From Opitutales bacterium (GTDB lineage Bacteria > Verrucomicrobiota > Verrucomicrobiia > Opitutales > UBA2987): DNA of 64,000 bases. The notes under the pieces are model-generated. The model did not search any database. It had not been told where the DNA came from and was given only the letters and a program-made list of their open reading frames with translations. Position numbers and translations under genes: made by a program. The stretch spans positions 352,001 through 416,000 of the forward strand of contig CBDDEL010000012.1 of the NCBI GenBank assembly GCA_965226885.1. Direction: 5' to 3'. Positions within the stretch are counted from its first letter, which is position 1, and each line of letters starts with the position of its first letter. Below are positions 41,668-51,123 of this stretch, piece by piece.

Positions 41668-43371
41668 TCAAGCCAGCTGCAAAGTAGCCAACTGCACTTC
41701 CTGCTCCAGTTTGGCCGCTTGCTCTATAAGCTCATCGGCAAATTCTTCCTCGCTCTCTCCCGTGTGTAAATATTTCCTCAGAATTTTCCACCCGGGCTGC
41801 ACCAGAATTTCATTGTTGTCTTCAAGCAAAGAGGAACCGCTGCAGCCGACGCCTACTTTTTTGCACAGAAAATTGGCCACATTAACAATGGCGGTCAATT
41901 CGACATCGGAGAGGGCTTTTTCCGGAAACCGGTGAAAACGGACGGCTGTCTTGACTGCGCCGGGAAGTCTTTGTTTTTCTATAAAAGCGGCTCCGGCTTC
42001 TTCATGCGTCATCGAAAAACAACTATATTCGGCTTCGGTCAGGAGTATTTTTTCCTGCCGGGATCTGGCCAGCACGGCGTTGTATTCTTTGGGAAATAGA
42101 TGGGCCAGGACGGTTTTGCCGACATCGTGGAGCAAACCTGCCATATAAACTTCGGGGTAGTGGGGCAGGTCAAGCAGGTCGTTCACCCGCTGGCAAAGGC
42201 GCGCCGTTCCGACCTGATGGGCCCAAAAACCCTGTCCATCGATAGACATGAAAAGTTTTTCAAAGGGTGTGATATTTCTGGTTTTGAGGAGTATATTTTC
42301 CAGGTTTCCGATGCCAATTAACTGAAGGGCTGATGAGATGTCGTTGACCGAACTTTTGGAGGCAACATAGGTGGAATTGGCTATCGACAGAATTTGCAGG
42401 CAAAGCCCCGGCTCCATTTTCAAGTAGTCCACGGCATCGTCCAGTCCGAGATGCCCTCTGCTTGTCGCGTCCCGAATGAAGGACAAGACCGGCTCCATCA
42501 CCGGCAGGTGGTTTAACCGCGATATGGCCTGGAAAATTTCCGTTCCACTCTGGTCCAACACAATACTTTTGGCAACCGGCCTTTTTTGGATGGATGGCGG
42601 AGCTACCGCTTCCGATTGTTTAGGGGCAGACTGTGGCGAAAAAGGCGGCTTTGCTCCAAGACTTCCCTTTCCGATCAGCATTACCAGCAAGTTCCTCAGA
42701 ATTTCGATTCGCGAAAGATAATGAGCCGCTTGCTCTCTGGTGGCTGCCCGATTGGACATGGCAAATTCGACAATCAGGTCATTCATCACGGAAATCCCGG
42801 TTTCCTTGGCTAAAAAGCCGAGAATTCGCACCGCGGTATTGACCTGCTTAAAATTTTCGTTCTTGAGGGTCGCGGACAATTTTGGCAAAAACCAGTTCAA
42901 CGCGGTTAACGTTTCCCGGTATCTTTTAAGGGGAATGCCAGAAGAAATATTGGTCGATGCATGCAGTTTGTTCAGGTTGGGACAAAGTTTTGCCCTCCAG
43001 TTGTTTTGCTCGATCGCCTTTGCCGCCGAAGCGACAATTTTTCCCTCCAGATTGGATTGGACAAGGTAATTTTGAACTCCCAGGCGTAGAAACCCGATCA
43101 CCGTTTCCCGCTCTGTGCGCTCGCTGATAATGATAACCGGAATCTTTTTGAAAACTGGGTCCTGGCGGATATTTCTTAACAGCAGGTAGTTATCTTCCGC
43201 CCCCGCAAAGTCCGCCAGGACAATAAGATCGATCAGGATTTCCTTATCCAGAAGGTTTGCCGCGGAGCTGATGTCGTGGGCCGTGAAGACTTCGTAAGCC
43301 GCTTTCTCCAGGATGCGCTCAAGGCGTTCGAGGAACGCTCCAGGCTGTCCCGCTGCCAATATTTTTCCCAT
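41668..43371 (-). CDS. Receiver plus HDOD domain signalling protein
   Basis: N-terminal REC-like fold; LSIANS, FWAH, GLLHDVGK, H...GA, HRFP. Confidence 0.85.
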   Translation of the reverse strand: MGKILAAGQPGAFLERLERILEKAAYEVFTAHDISSAANLLDKEILIDLIVLADFAGAEDNYLLLRNIRQDPVFKKIPVIIISERTERETVIGFLRLGVQNYLVQSNLEGKIVASAAKAIEQNNWRAKLCPNLNKLHASTNISSGIPLKRYRETLTALNWFLPKLSATLKNENFKQVNTAVRILGFLAKETGISVMNDLIVEFAMSNRAATREQAAHYLSRIEILRNLLVMLIGKGSLGAKPPFSPQSAPKQSEAVAPPSIQKRPVAKSIVLDQSGTEIFQAISRLNHLPVMEPVLSFIRDATSRGHLGLDDAVDYLKMEPGLCLQILSIANSTYVASKSSVNDISSALQLIGIGNLENILLKTRNITPFEKLFMSIDGQGFWAHQVGTARLCQRVNDLLDLPHYPEVYMAGLLHDVGKTVLAHLFPKEYNAVLARSRQEKILLTEAEYSCFSMTHEEAGAAFIEKQRLPGAVKTAVRFHRFPEKALSDVELTAIVNVANFLCKKVGVGCSGSSLLEDNNEILVQPGWKILRKYLHTGESEEEFADELIEQAAKLEQEVQLATLQLA

Positions 43372-43543
43372 TGTGACGACAACGAATTTAAAATGGAGTT
43401 CTCTCTGGAGTCATGGAACGGTTTATCTAAACCGGAGGCCGGTAAAGCGTTGCCTCATGTCGCTAGTTGAAGGGTTGGTTTTCCGTCAATTGATTGAGGA
43501 TTTCCAAATCGGCTGCACAGAGTTCTTTGCCTCCCTCTCCTAA

Positions 43544-45110
43544 CCCGGATATTTCATGAAGGGTAAAGTTTGGCTCGTTATTGCTATTGGAGATGGATTT
43601 CTTTGTATTTTGGGCGGATCGTCTTGATTTTGAGGTGTTTTTCAGGGTGTAGAGACACTTCCCCCTTTCCCCCATTGGTTCGGTAGCGCCGGGGGCAGCG
43701 CCAATGCGCCCTTTAGGTTGGCACCAACCGGCGGGCCGCATGGTTGAAAAGACTGGCCCATGGATAACTTTCACTTAGATGAAAGTGAATCGTTCGGGTG
43801 TTGCGCACGATGACCGCTCCGATCTTGATTAATTTTAGCCGTAGACTGTGGCATTGGAGCCGCGCCCACTTCGTCCCTTTTAATGCGAACCGGCGCAAGG
43901 CTTCCATCAAGGTGTAGGCCAGCCCCGACAAGAGCAATCGCCACTGGTTGGCCCACCATTTATGCGCGCTGGTGCGTTCGCTGAACAATTGCATCTGTTC
44001 CTTGATCCGGTTCTCCATCTCACCGCGGCCACAGTATACTTTGTCGTAAAGCTCTTGGGGATCGCCCTGCAGGTTCGTCACCACGAAGCGCGGGTTGGAC
44101 CCCTGTGCGGTGTGTTCGGCTTTGTGGATGATAAGGCGTTGGCGCCGCCACGATTTTGCCCCATACTCGAAGTGCTGAAACAGCCGTTGCTTTTTGCCGC
44201 TACCCTCGAACCATTGTTTGGCTTGCTCCTGCAACTGCCGGGCCGCTTGCTGCAAGCGTGCATGGCGGGCCGTTCCCACTATAAAATAAACCTCGTTGCG
44301 CTCGCACCACGAGAGAATCCGATCCCGGCAGAATCCGCTGTCGGCACGCCAAATAATCCGCGTATGGGGCCAGCTTTGGCGAATCCGTTTAACCAGCAAT
44401 TTGAGGATGGCCCCGGCATGCTTGCTCGCATCGATCTTGCTGGGCCGCAGGTAGGCCACCAGAAGCTGATCGCCGCAAAAAACATACAGCGGCAAAAAAC
44501 AGTAATGATCATAATAACCGTGGAAAAAACGTCCCTCCTGGAGCCCGTGCACCGGATTGTCGGTGGCGTCAAAGTCCAGGATGATCTCTTCGGGTTCCTC
44601 GGCAAAGGATCCGATGAACTGTTCGACCAGCAACTCGTTCAGGGCAAAGGCTGCCCGCCGATCCTGCCCGTTTTCAAAACGACACAAAGTCGGCGCGCTG
44701 GCCAACGCTTCAGTGCGCCCCGTTACCGTTTGCAACAAAGGATCGCGGCGCAGGGTGTCAAAGTCGTTCAAATCCTCATAGCCCGCCCCCAGCCCGTAAA
44801 CGCGCTGCCGGATCATGGCCAGCATCTCATGGCGCACTTTGCCCTTCTGCCGTTTGTCTACTAATTGCCGGGCCGCTTGCTCGGTCAAGCCCAACCGCCG
44901 ATCCACTTCCCGGATCAAAAGCAGCCCGGCATCCGAAGTAACCTCACCGCCCTTAAAATCAACCCGCACACGGCGGCCTTTTACCCTTGTCAACTGTAGT
45001 TCTAATTGTTTACTTTTTGTCATCGCTGATATTGCTTTAATGTTTAATCTATCCTGCTGTATATCAGCAGATAAGCATATCAGCGATACTTTTTTTATGA
45101 AATTTCCGGG
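43544..45110 (-). mobile_element. IS1380-family element, 1567 bp
   Basis: IR CCCGGA(T/A)ATTTCAT; 4-bp TSD CTAA (43540-43543, 45111-45114). Confidence 0.92.
43713..45023 (-). CDS. IS1380-family transposase
   Basis: TSDAGL, GYEDLND, LDFDATD..HG.QE, RADSGF, RG.MENRIKE. Confidence 0.94.
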   Translation of the reverse strand: MTKSKQLELQLTRVKGRRVRVDFKGGEVTSDAGLLLIREVDRRLGLTEQAARQLVDKRQKGKVRHEMLAMIRQRVYGLGAGYEDLNDFDTLRRDPLLQTVTGRTEALASAPTLCRFENGQDRRAAFALNELLVEQFIGSFAEEPEEIILDFDATDNPVHGLQEGRFFHGYYDHYCFLPLYVFCGDQLLVAYLRPSKIDASKHAGAILKLLVKRIRQSWPHTRIIWRADSGFCRDRILSWCERNEVYFIVGTARHARLQQAARQLQEQAKQWFEGSGKKQRLFQHFEYGAKSWRRQRLIIHKAEHTAQGSNPRFVVTNLQGDPQELYDKVYCGRGEMENRIKEQMQLFSERTSAHKWWANQWRLLLSGLAYTLMEALRRFALKGTKWARLQCHSLRLKLIKIGAVIVRNTRTIHFHLSESYPWASLFNHAARRLVPT

Positions 45111-45702
45111 CTAAACCTCCACCGCCATCTCCATCGCTGTTTTCGATCAAGGATTTCACAGTATCGCTGAAATACTTTCCTCCCTTGAGGATGGTTTCGA
45201 GGGCTTCGTTAAACTCCTTCAAGCCAGCTATTTTATCAATGAAACCGTCTGCCCCGGCATCGCAAGCCTGGCGCAGCAGGCTGGGCGTATAAGCTGAGGA
45301 AAAGACCAGCACTTTTATCCCGGCGTTCTCCTTGCGCAGCGTTTTGAGGACCTCGATTCCATTGAGACCCGGCAAATGCAAGTCCAGAATGACCAAGTCG
45401 GGCTTCCTCGCGGCGCATTGCGACAAAGCCTCAATACCATCCGTGCAAGCCCCAGCGATTTCAAACCAGGGATTGGATTCAATATAGTCGGTAATGAAAT
45501 TAAGAAGGAGCGTCTCGTCCTCCACTATTAAAATTTTTTTTCTCATTAAATTACTTTCCCTCGAAATCGATTTCACCCAACATTTATCGGACAGACGCAT
45601 CTAAAACTTAAACGACAGCGAGCGGACGCGGCCTGCATTCCCATGCAATCGTGCTGGCGCAACGGAAAATCCCTCAAGTTCCGGACCGTTTTGGGTAATG
45701 CC

Positions 45703-46440
45703 CTAAATTGAGAGGGCGTACTGGAGGATACCCAACGCTACCGTGACGGCTGTTTCCACTCGCAATACGTTTGGCCCGAGAGAAACCGGTTTAAAGCCGT
45801 GTTCATAGGCGATGGCATACTCTTCGCCGGTTAGATCGCCTTCCGGGCCGATGAGCCAGATGGCCTCCGTGGGCAAGGGTTTATCAAGAATCAGTTGACG
45901 GGCCGGCTCTTTTGAGTCCAGCGAGGCCAACAGTTTCAGAGTATGCGGGGACGGGCTTGAGCAGAATTCGGCCAGGGGCATCGGAGGATTGATTCGCGGA
46001 AGGAAAGGATTGCCCGACTGTTTACAGGCTTCGATGGCGATTTTGCGCCAACGGGAAAGTTTGAATTCGCGACGGGAGGGGTTGACGCCGGCTTCGCAAT
46101 GGTCGGTTGCCAGTGGCTGAATGCGCCACGTTCCCAATTCGGAGGCTTTCTGCACGATTCGCTCCATAACCTTGCCCTTGGGTAGGGCCTGGGCCAGGGT
46201 CACAGTGCAAGGCGGGGGCACGGCTCTGCGGTGGCTGAGAACAGCCAGGCGGGCAATCTTATGGTCGGTTCCGGCCAGGCGGCACTGCCATTGATTGCCC
46301 TCGCCGTCAAAAACCACCAACTCTTCACCGATTCGGGCCCTGCGCACCTTCAAAAGGTGGCGGCTTTCCGAGTCGTCCAACCGGATTTGTTGGCCGTCAA
46401 AATCCTCGGCGGGCGAAAAATAACAACGAATTCCCGGCAT
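45703..46440 (-). CDS. rsmE: 16S rRNA m3U1498 methyltransferase
   Basis: HLLKVRR, KASELG, EACKQSG, IGPEG, LGPNVLRVETA. Confidence 0.9.
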   Translation of the reverse strand: MPGIRCYFSPAEDFDGQQIRLDDSESRHLLKVRRARIGEELVVFDGEGNQWQCRLAGTDHKIARLAVLSHRRAVPPPCTVTLAQALPKGKVMERIVQKASELGTWRIQPLATDHCEAGVNPSRREFKLSRWRKIAIEACKQSGNPFLPRINPPMPLAEFCSSPSPHTLKLLASLDSKEPARQLILDKPLPTEAIWLIGPEGDLTGEEYAIAYEHGFKPVSLGPNVLRVETAVTVALGILQYALSI

Positions 46441-46488
46441 GGGCGTAAACAAACAATAAAGTTTAATACTACACAATAAAGTTTAATA

Positions 46489-46580
46489 CCCGCGGTCTTG
46501 AAAAGGACAGTGAACGGAGTATCCCCATATCCAAGGCGGTTCAGGTGAGCTTCGGTCATGCCCTAGCAAGGGACGCGGGG
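46489..46580. ncRNA. Candidate structured RNA (three-way junction) upstream of rsmE
   Basis: Nested pairings CCCGCG/CGCGGG, CTTG/CAAG, AGGGCA/TGTCCT (minus), TGAAC/GTTCA. Confidence 0.35.
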
Positions 46581-46589
46581 CAATTGTAT

Positions 46590-46676
46590 AGTTGACTGTT
46601 TGTAGTCATGAGCTTTCTGGCAATTTCTCCGGAAAGACTCTCACTAACAACGGTCGTGTTTTTGGCAGTCAGATCC
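46590..46676 (-). mobile_element. Left-end remnant of an IS3-family (IS407-like) element
   Basis: Clear similarity to 53447-53514 (CTTTC.GG.AATTTCTCC.GAAAGACTCTCACT), ending at an orfA-like ATG. Confidence 0.75.
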
Positions 46677-46678
46677 GT

Positions 46679-48206
46679 TTACCACAGAGCGACCTTTCGC
46701 TGAACCGTTCCCGATGCTCGACCATGCTCAATTTGCAGGCAACGAAGCAATTCCTCTTTCGGCCCATTACAGGCAGGATTGTTGTATTGGTTCTGATTTT
46801 CAAAGGGATCATCACTGAGATTGTATGATTGCATCACTGAGATTGTATGATTGTATAGCTCTCCCTGCGTCAATACAGGATAGACCGTAAGCCGCCATTC
46901 GTTGGTGCAAATAGAGTAATTAAAGTACTCAGACCCGCGGCAGTACCATGCAGCGGAGAGTGCATATTCGCGGAATTGATTGTTCCCGCTACGTGTAAGG
47001 GGCAATCCCTGGAACTCCTCCGGGATTGAAATACCGCAGCGGTAAAGGAGTTCGGGCGCGACGTCTATATTACTGCTGATGGAGTCAACACGATCCTTTG
47101 GTCCATTGGGCTCGGCAATGATCAGCGGTATGTTTAATAGCGATCTGCAACAGAACGGACCTTTGAAAAGCATTCCGTGATCGCCGAGGAAGTCTCCATG
47201 ATCTGAAGTAAAAACGACAATGGTGTTTTCATCCAAACCAAGATCGGAAAGGCGGGTTAGAATTCGTCCGATACTTGCGTCGATGAGCGCAATCATACCG
47301 TGTGTGTGGGCAAGTACGGCTTGGTATACTTCGCCTCGAAACGATGGATAATGGTGCGCGCACCCGTTACCCTCGAAGGGGGATTGGGTCATAGCCTCCC
47401 GCCACGGTAGCGGCTTGTTTTCGTTCTCGCCAACGACGTAGTGAGGTTCGGGAAATTCCACGTCGTCAAACATCGAAGCATAGGGCTCTGGCGGCGTGAA
47501 AGGATGGTGTGGATCGGGGAAAGAGACTTGAAGGTAAAACGGACAGGTTCCATCCTGTCTCTCAATCGCGGCAATCGCGCGGTCAGCCACCCACGTGCTG
47601 TGGTGGGCTTCGACGGGAATGGCGGATTTATAGCATTGGAATTCCGGATCCCGTAAGTAATCTTGGGCGCCTTCAAACCTCAACTTCAGATTCGGGAAGT
47701 TGTGCTCCCGCCAACGCCCGTAATGTCCTTCGTAATGTCCTTCGACTTGTTCCCCATGGCCAGCGGTGATTTCCACATGGTCGAAACCGTAGTAGGGGCC
47801 GTTCCAATCATCGAGTTCACCATTTTTCCACCTTGCCTTGCTCTCCATCGATGGCGAGACGGGGTCGTGTTGATAAGGCTGAAAGTGCGCCTTGCCAATC
47901 AGTGCTGTATTATAACCGTGCTCCTTAAATACCGCCGGTAATGTCAGCTCAGTCTCAGGCATGAACAATCCATTCTCTCGAACCCCATGGGTTCCCATGG
48001 GTTTGAGGATAGCGGCTCGTGAGGAAAGAAACACGGCTCGGCGTGCAAACCGGGTTGACGGATTGATGGTTCGTATAGAGGGTCCCCCTCGCGGCCAAAA
48101 AGTCGATGACCGGCGTACGGGCGAGCCTGTTGCCCATGCAACCGAGGCCATCGGCTCGCAGTTGGTCCGTTTGGATAACGATTATGTTCTTTCTGCGCGG
48201 ATTCAT
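46679..48206 (-). pseudogene. Sulfatase (formylglycine-dependent), frameshifted
   Basis: TDQLR, CTPSR, GKAH, DPHHPF, TSDHGD, GELY. A 10-bp duplication at 47984-48003 shifts the frame. Confidence 0.9.
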
Positions 48207-48283
48207 CGAGATTCATCGAGCTACAGATTGTTCGATTATAATAGGGCAGGTTTATCAGTTATCAGGCAGGTGAATCAATCGGT

Positions 48284-48319
48284 AAAAAAAAGACGCCGCA
48301 GAACAAAGTCTGCGGCGTC
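48284..48319 (-). terminator. Rho-independent terminator
   Basis: GACGCCGCAGA-N6-TCTGCGGCGTC with 8 U on the minus strand. Confidence 0.88.
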
Positions 48320-48402
48320 ACCCACTGCTTAACAAACTACAAACCAGACTGAAACTTAAAACTAAACTCTCGCTCTAGTCTCTCCAATCAGGTTAGATTT
48401 CA
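48284..48402 (-). ncRNA. Candidate sRNA, sibling 1
   Basis: GAAC-N17-GTCTAA upstream; 24-nt shared core; 11-bp hairpin plus U8. Confidence 0.65.
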
Positions 48403-48407
48403 ATTTC

Positions 48408-48436
48408 TTAGACGGACTGGAAAGCAGAACGTTCAA
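48408..48436 (-). promoter_or_regulatory. ECF (sigmaE-like) promoter
   Basis: TTGAACGTT...GTCTAA; GAAC-N17-GTC spacing. Confidence 0.55.
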
Positions 48437-48492
48437 TAATGATCGGAATTGTTTTCCCTCGAGCCAATGGATTTCCGGCTGCCGGGAGCCTT

Positions 48493-48622
48493 TAAAAGTG
48501 CAGGCGCCGCCGGAATAAACCGGCGGCGCCTACAAGAGTTAACCAAACTACAAACCAGACTGAAACTATGAACTTTAACCCTTGCTTCCAAATTCCATAG
48601 GGCCAGCATAGGGCCAGACTTG
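48493..48622 (-). ncRNA. Candidate sRNA, sibling 2
   Basis: TTGAACGTT...GTCT upstream (48628-48657); same 24-nt core; 12-bp hairpin at 48502-48531. Confidence 0.6.
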
Positions 48623-48752
48623 TAATTAGAGACTTCGCATGGGGATAAAACGTTCAAAATTCTTGTTTTTAAATTGGCCCATTCGCATTTTTCGTTGAAA
48701 AATGATGGGATGCGGGATGCGGGTATTTACTTGAATTGAAAACGCGGCCGGA

Positions 48753-49331
48753 ATGAGAATCACAGGGGGCAGGGCGAGGGGCGCACCGCTGAAAAGCCCT
48801 CCCAAAAATGTGCGTCCGGCCACCGACCGCACACGTCAGGCGGTTTTTTCCAGCCTGGGCGGTTCGATCGTCGGGTCTTCCGTTTTGGATTTGTTTGCCG
48901 GAAGCGGCTCCTATGGTCTTGAGGCCATCAGCCGTGGCGCCATACGCTGCCATTTTGTGGAAAAAAACCGAAGAACCCTGGCTTGTCTGATGGAAAATCT
49001 GAACGTCCTCAACAAGGCCCTAAAAGGACAGCAGGCGGCACAGGCCGTTAGCCGTGTGACACAAAAAGATGTCTTTAAATGGCGGACTGAAAGACCGGAA
49101 GGCTTCGATTTCATCTTTCTGGACGCGCCCTACTCGCTGGCCGTCGAGCGTTCGGATTCGCTTTTTGCCCTGGCCGCTAAATTTATTGGTCAAAACCCGG
49201 CTGGCCGCCTTTTGTTTGAAATGCCCGGCGATTTTCATCCCGAGCCAGCAGGCTGGGAACTGGCACGTAGCCTGGGCAGCCGAAAATCTGGAGAACCGGC
49301 TATGAATATTTATAAAAAAACTGCCACCTGA
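48753..49331 (+). CDS. rsmD: 16S rRNA m2G966 methyltransferase
   Basis: MRITGG..G, RP.TD..R, LDLFAGSG, EAISRGA, FLDAPY. Confidence 0.9.
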   Translation: MRITGGRARGAPLKSPPKNVRPATDRTRQAVFSSLGGSIVGSSVLDLFAGSGSYGLEAISRGAIRCHFVEKNRRTLACLMENLNVLNKALKGQQAAQAVSRVTQKDVFKWRTERPEGFDFIFLDAPYSLAVERSDSLFALAAKFIGQNPAGRLLFEMPGDFHPEPAGWELARSLGSRKSGEPAMNIYKKTAT

Positions 49332-49371
49332 ATGTGAGACTGGAATGATCGCAGTGGTGCGGGCATCCCAT

Positions 49372-50100
49372 TCACATCAGCCCCATTTTTGCCGCCATGA
49401 TCGATATGGCGGCGATGGTTGCCGTTTCTATCCTCAAGACGCGTTCGCCCAGATGGACGAGAGTGAAACCGGACTCCCGTAGAGTGTCTCTTTCTCCAGC
49501 GGACCATCCGCGTTCCGGCCCAACCGCGAGCAGGCAGTCGTGTTTTTCATCTCCATCCATTGGATACCTGGAAAGCGCCGCCGCCGATTCATAGTTATCG
49601 AGGCCGATTCGGGTTTGACCTTCCGCAAAATCATTCAAAGCCGCTCTCAAGGTGGGGAAATGGGAAACTTGTGGGATAACGGTGGAAAAAGCCTGTTCAG
49701 CCCCTTGGGCCAATTGCCGGCGCCACTCGCCGGTACTCCACAACTTGCTTTTTTTATAAGATGGCTCCCCTTTTTCAGTCTCGAAAAACACGATCCTGAC
49801 GAGTCCAAAACTGGCGCTTTCGCGAAGCAGCTTTCTAGCCGTTTGAGGCCTGGGCAGGCCTGCCAGCAAAGAAATCGGGCAAGGCTTCGGAACATCTTCT
49901 CCCCATTCGATTTTTAGGCGCAGCTCCTCGGCGGAAGCATCGTTCAAAATAACCGCCTTCCCCCTTGGCCCGTTGACGAGGCCGATATCCAAACGGTCGC
50001 CTTTTTGCATTCCGAGAACTTCCCGTATATGCACGGCGCGCCGGTCGTCGCCGGGGAGCGTCTCATAATCCGATTTTTTCTGAAAAAGAATCAAGTTCAT
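49372..50100 (-). CDS. rsmE: RsmE-family methyltransferase, second paralog
   Basis: GLPRP, GAEQA, VGPERGW, LGERVLRIETA. Confidence 0.85.
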   Translation of the reverse strand: MNLILFQKKSDYETLPGDDRRAVHIREVLGMQKGDRLDIGLVNGPRGKAVILNDASAEELRLKIEWGEDVPKPCPISLLAGLPRPQTARKLLRESASFGLVRIVFFETEKGEPSYKKSKLWSTGEWRRQLAQGAEQAFSTVIPQVSHFPTLRAALNDFAEGQTRIGLDNYESAAALSRYPMDGDEKHDCLLAVGPERGWSAGERDTLRESGFTLVHLGERVLRIETATIAAISIMAAKMGLM

Positions 50101-50151
50101 GGCAGGAGTGAAAAATGGAAAAAAACCACCACTCATGGAGAACAAAAATTC

Positions 50152-50598
50152 TTACTTCCATTTCGCCTGTATCATCTTGCAGACAGCTTGCAAAACGGAG
50201 CGCCGAAAAATTACTCCAACGACTTTTTTGTTTTCTACTACCGGATAACAATAAAAATGATGTTTGGTAAACAAATCAATTGCCTTGTAGATATCTGTAT
50301 CAGGTTTAATAGGAATAATTTTTTTCGACATGTAATCGCGCACTTTCTGTGCCTGGTTGTTGTAATATTTCATGTCGATCTCGGATTTTAAGCAGTCCTT
50401 CTCCGACAGAAACCCGACGGGCTCTTTATTCTCATTAATTACAGGCGCTCCCGAGATATTTTTTTTCACCAAAATATTTGAAGCCTCAACAATGTTCATA
50501 TCCTCTGTAAACGAGGTAAACGCCCTAAGCATAATATCCTTTACGGTAATCTCTTTGTCTCTTTGTTGTTTAAGTGTTTTTGGCGTGTAATTGACCAT
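50152..50598 (-). CDS. CBS-domain pair protein, AT-rich
   Basis: ISGAPV, GFLSEKD, V.DYM, YPVV...VGVI. Confidence 0.85.
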   Translation of the reverse strand: MVNYTPKTLKQQRDKEITVKDIMLRAFTSFTEDMNIVEASNILVKKNISGAPVINENKEPVGFLSEKDCLKSEIDMKYYNNQAQKVRDYMSKKIIPIKPDTDIYKAIDLFTKHHFYCYPVVENKKVVGVIFRRSVLQAVCKMIQAKWK

Positions 50599-50826
50599 AT
50601 CAACTCTCCTTCTATATTAACCGGAATTTCCCAAATGACTGGTATGAATCGTTAAAATCATCGTAGCGAAATCTGTAGCTTTTGAGTGCATCATGCTCCT
50701 TTCAATACGTTTTGGCAAATCGTTTTGGCAAATGTCTTTTTTCTTGATATTTATCAGTTGCATAGGAGGCAGTGATGTGCACTGGAAAAAGTGGACACGA
50801 GATTCTCCTAAATGGAGAATCGAAGC

Positions 50827-51123
50827 ATGGGAAGAAGACGCTTTAGTATAGAGTTCAAAAATGAGGCAGTTCAACTGATGATACTCGATGGTCTGAGCGC
50901 CACCGAGGTATCGACCAAACTTGGGGTCAACACCAACCAATTGTATAGGTGGAAGAGGCTCTATCTGGACGATCAGCAGGGCGAAGCCACCTCAAAGCGA
51001 CAGAGCAGTCCGAAGGAGATGGCGGCCGAGATAGATCGTCTTCGCAAAGAGCTGCGCCGCTCGGAGCGGATCAACCAGATACTAAAAAAAACGGTGGGCT
51101 ACTTTGCCAAGGACGAACAATGA
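50827..51123 (+). CDS. IS3 transposase OrfA
   Basis: F..EFK.EAV HTH; ILKKTVGYFAK. Confidence 0.9.
   Translation: MGRRRFSIEFKNEAVQLMILDGLSATEVSTKLGVNTNQLYRWKRLYLDDQQGEATSKRQSSPKEMAAEIDRLRKELRRSERINQILKKTVGYFAKDEQ

Larger units (their letters stand above)
43463..45546 (-). pseudogene. NarL-like response regulator interrupted by IS1380
   Basis: IVEDE, LDLHLPGLNG. Removing the IS and one TSD restores ...GGGL-GEGGKELCAADLEILNQL. Confidence 0.8.

Noticed and set aside
46489..46582. tRNA, tRNA-Sec, SRP or 6S RNA
   Set aside because: No T-loop, CCA or SRP domain IV motif; too short for 6S
48333..48567. Mini-CRISPR from the two 24-nt repeats
   Set aside because: Only two copies, 187 bp apart, each tied to its own promoter-like and terminator elements
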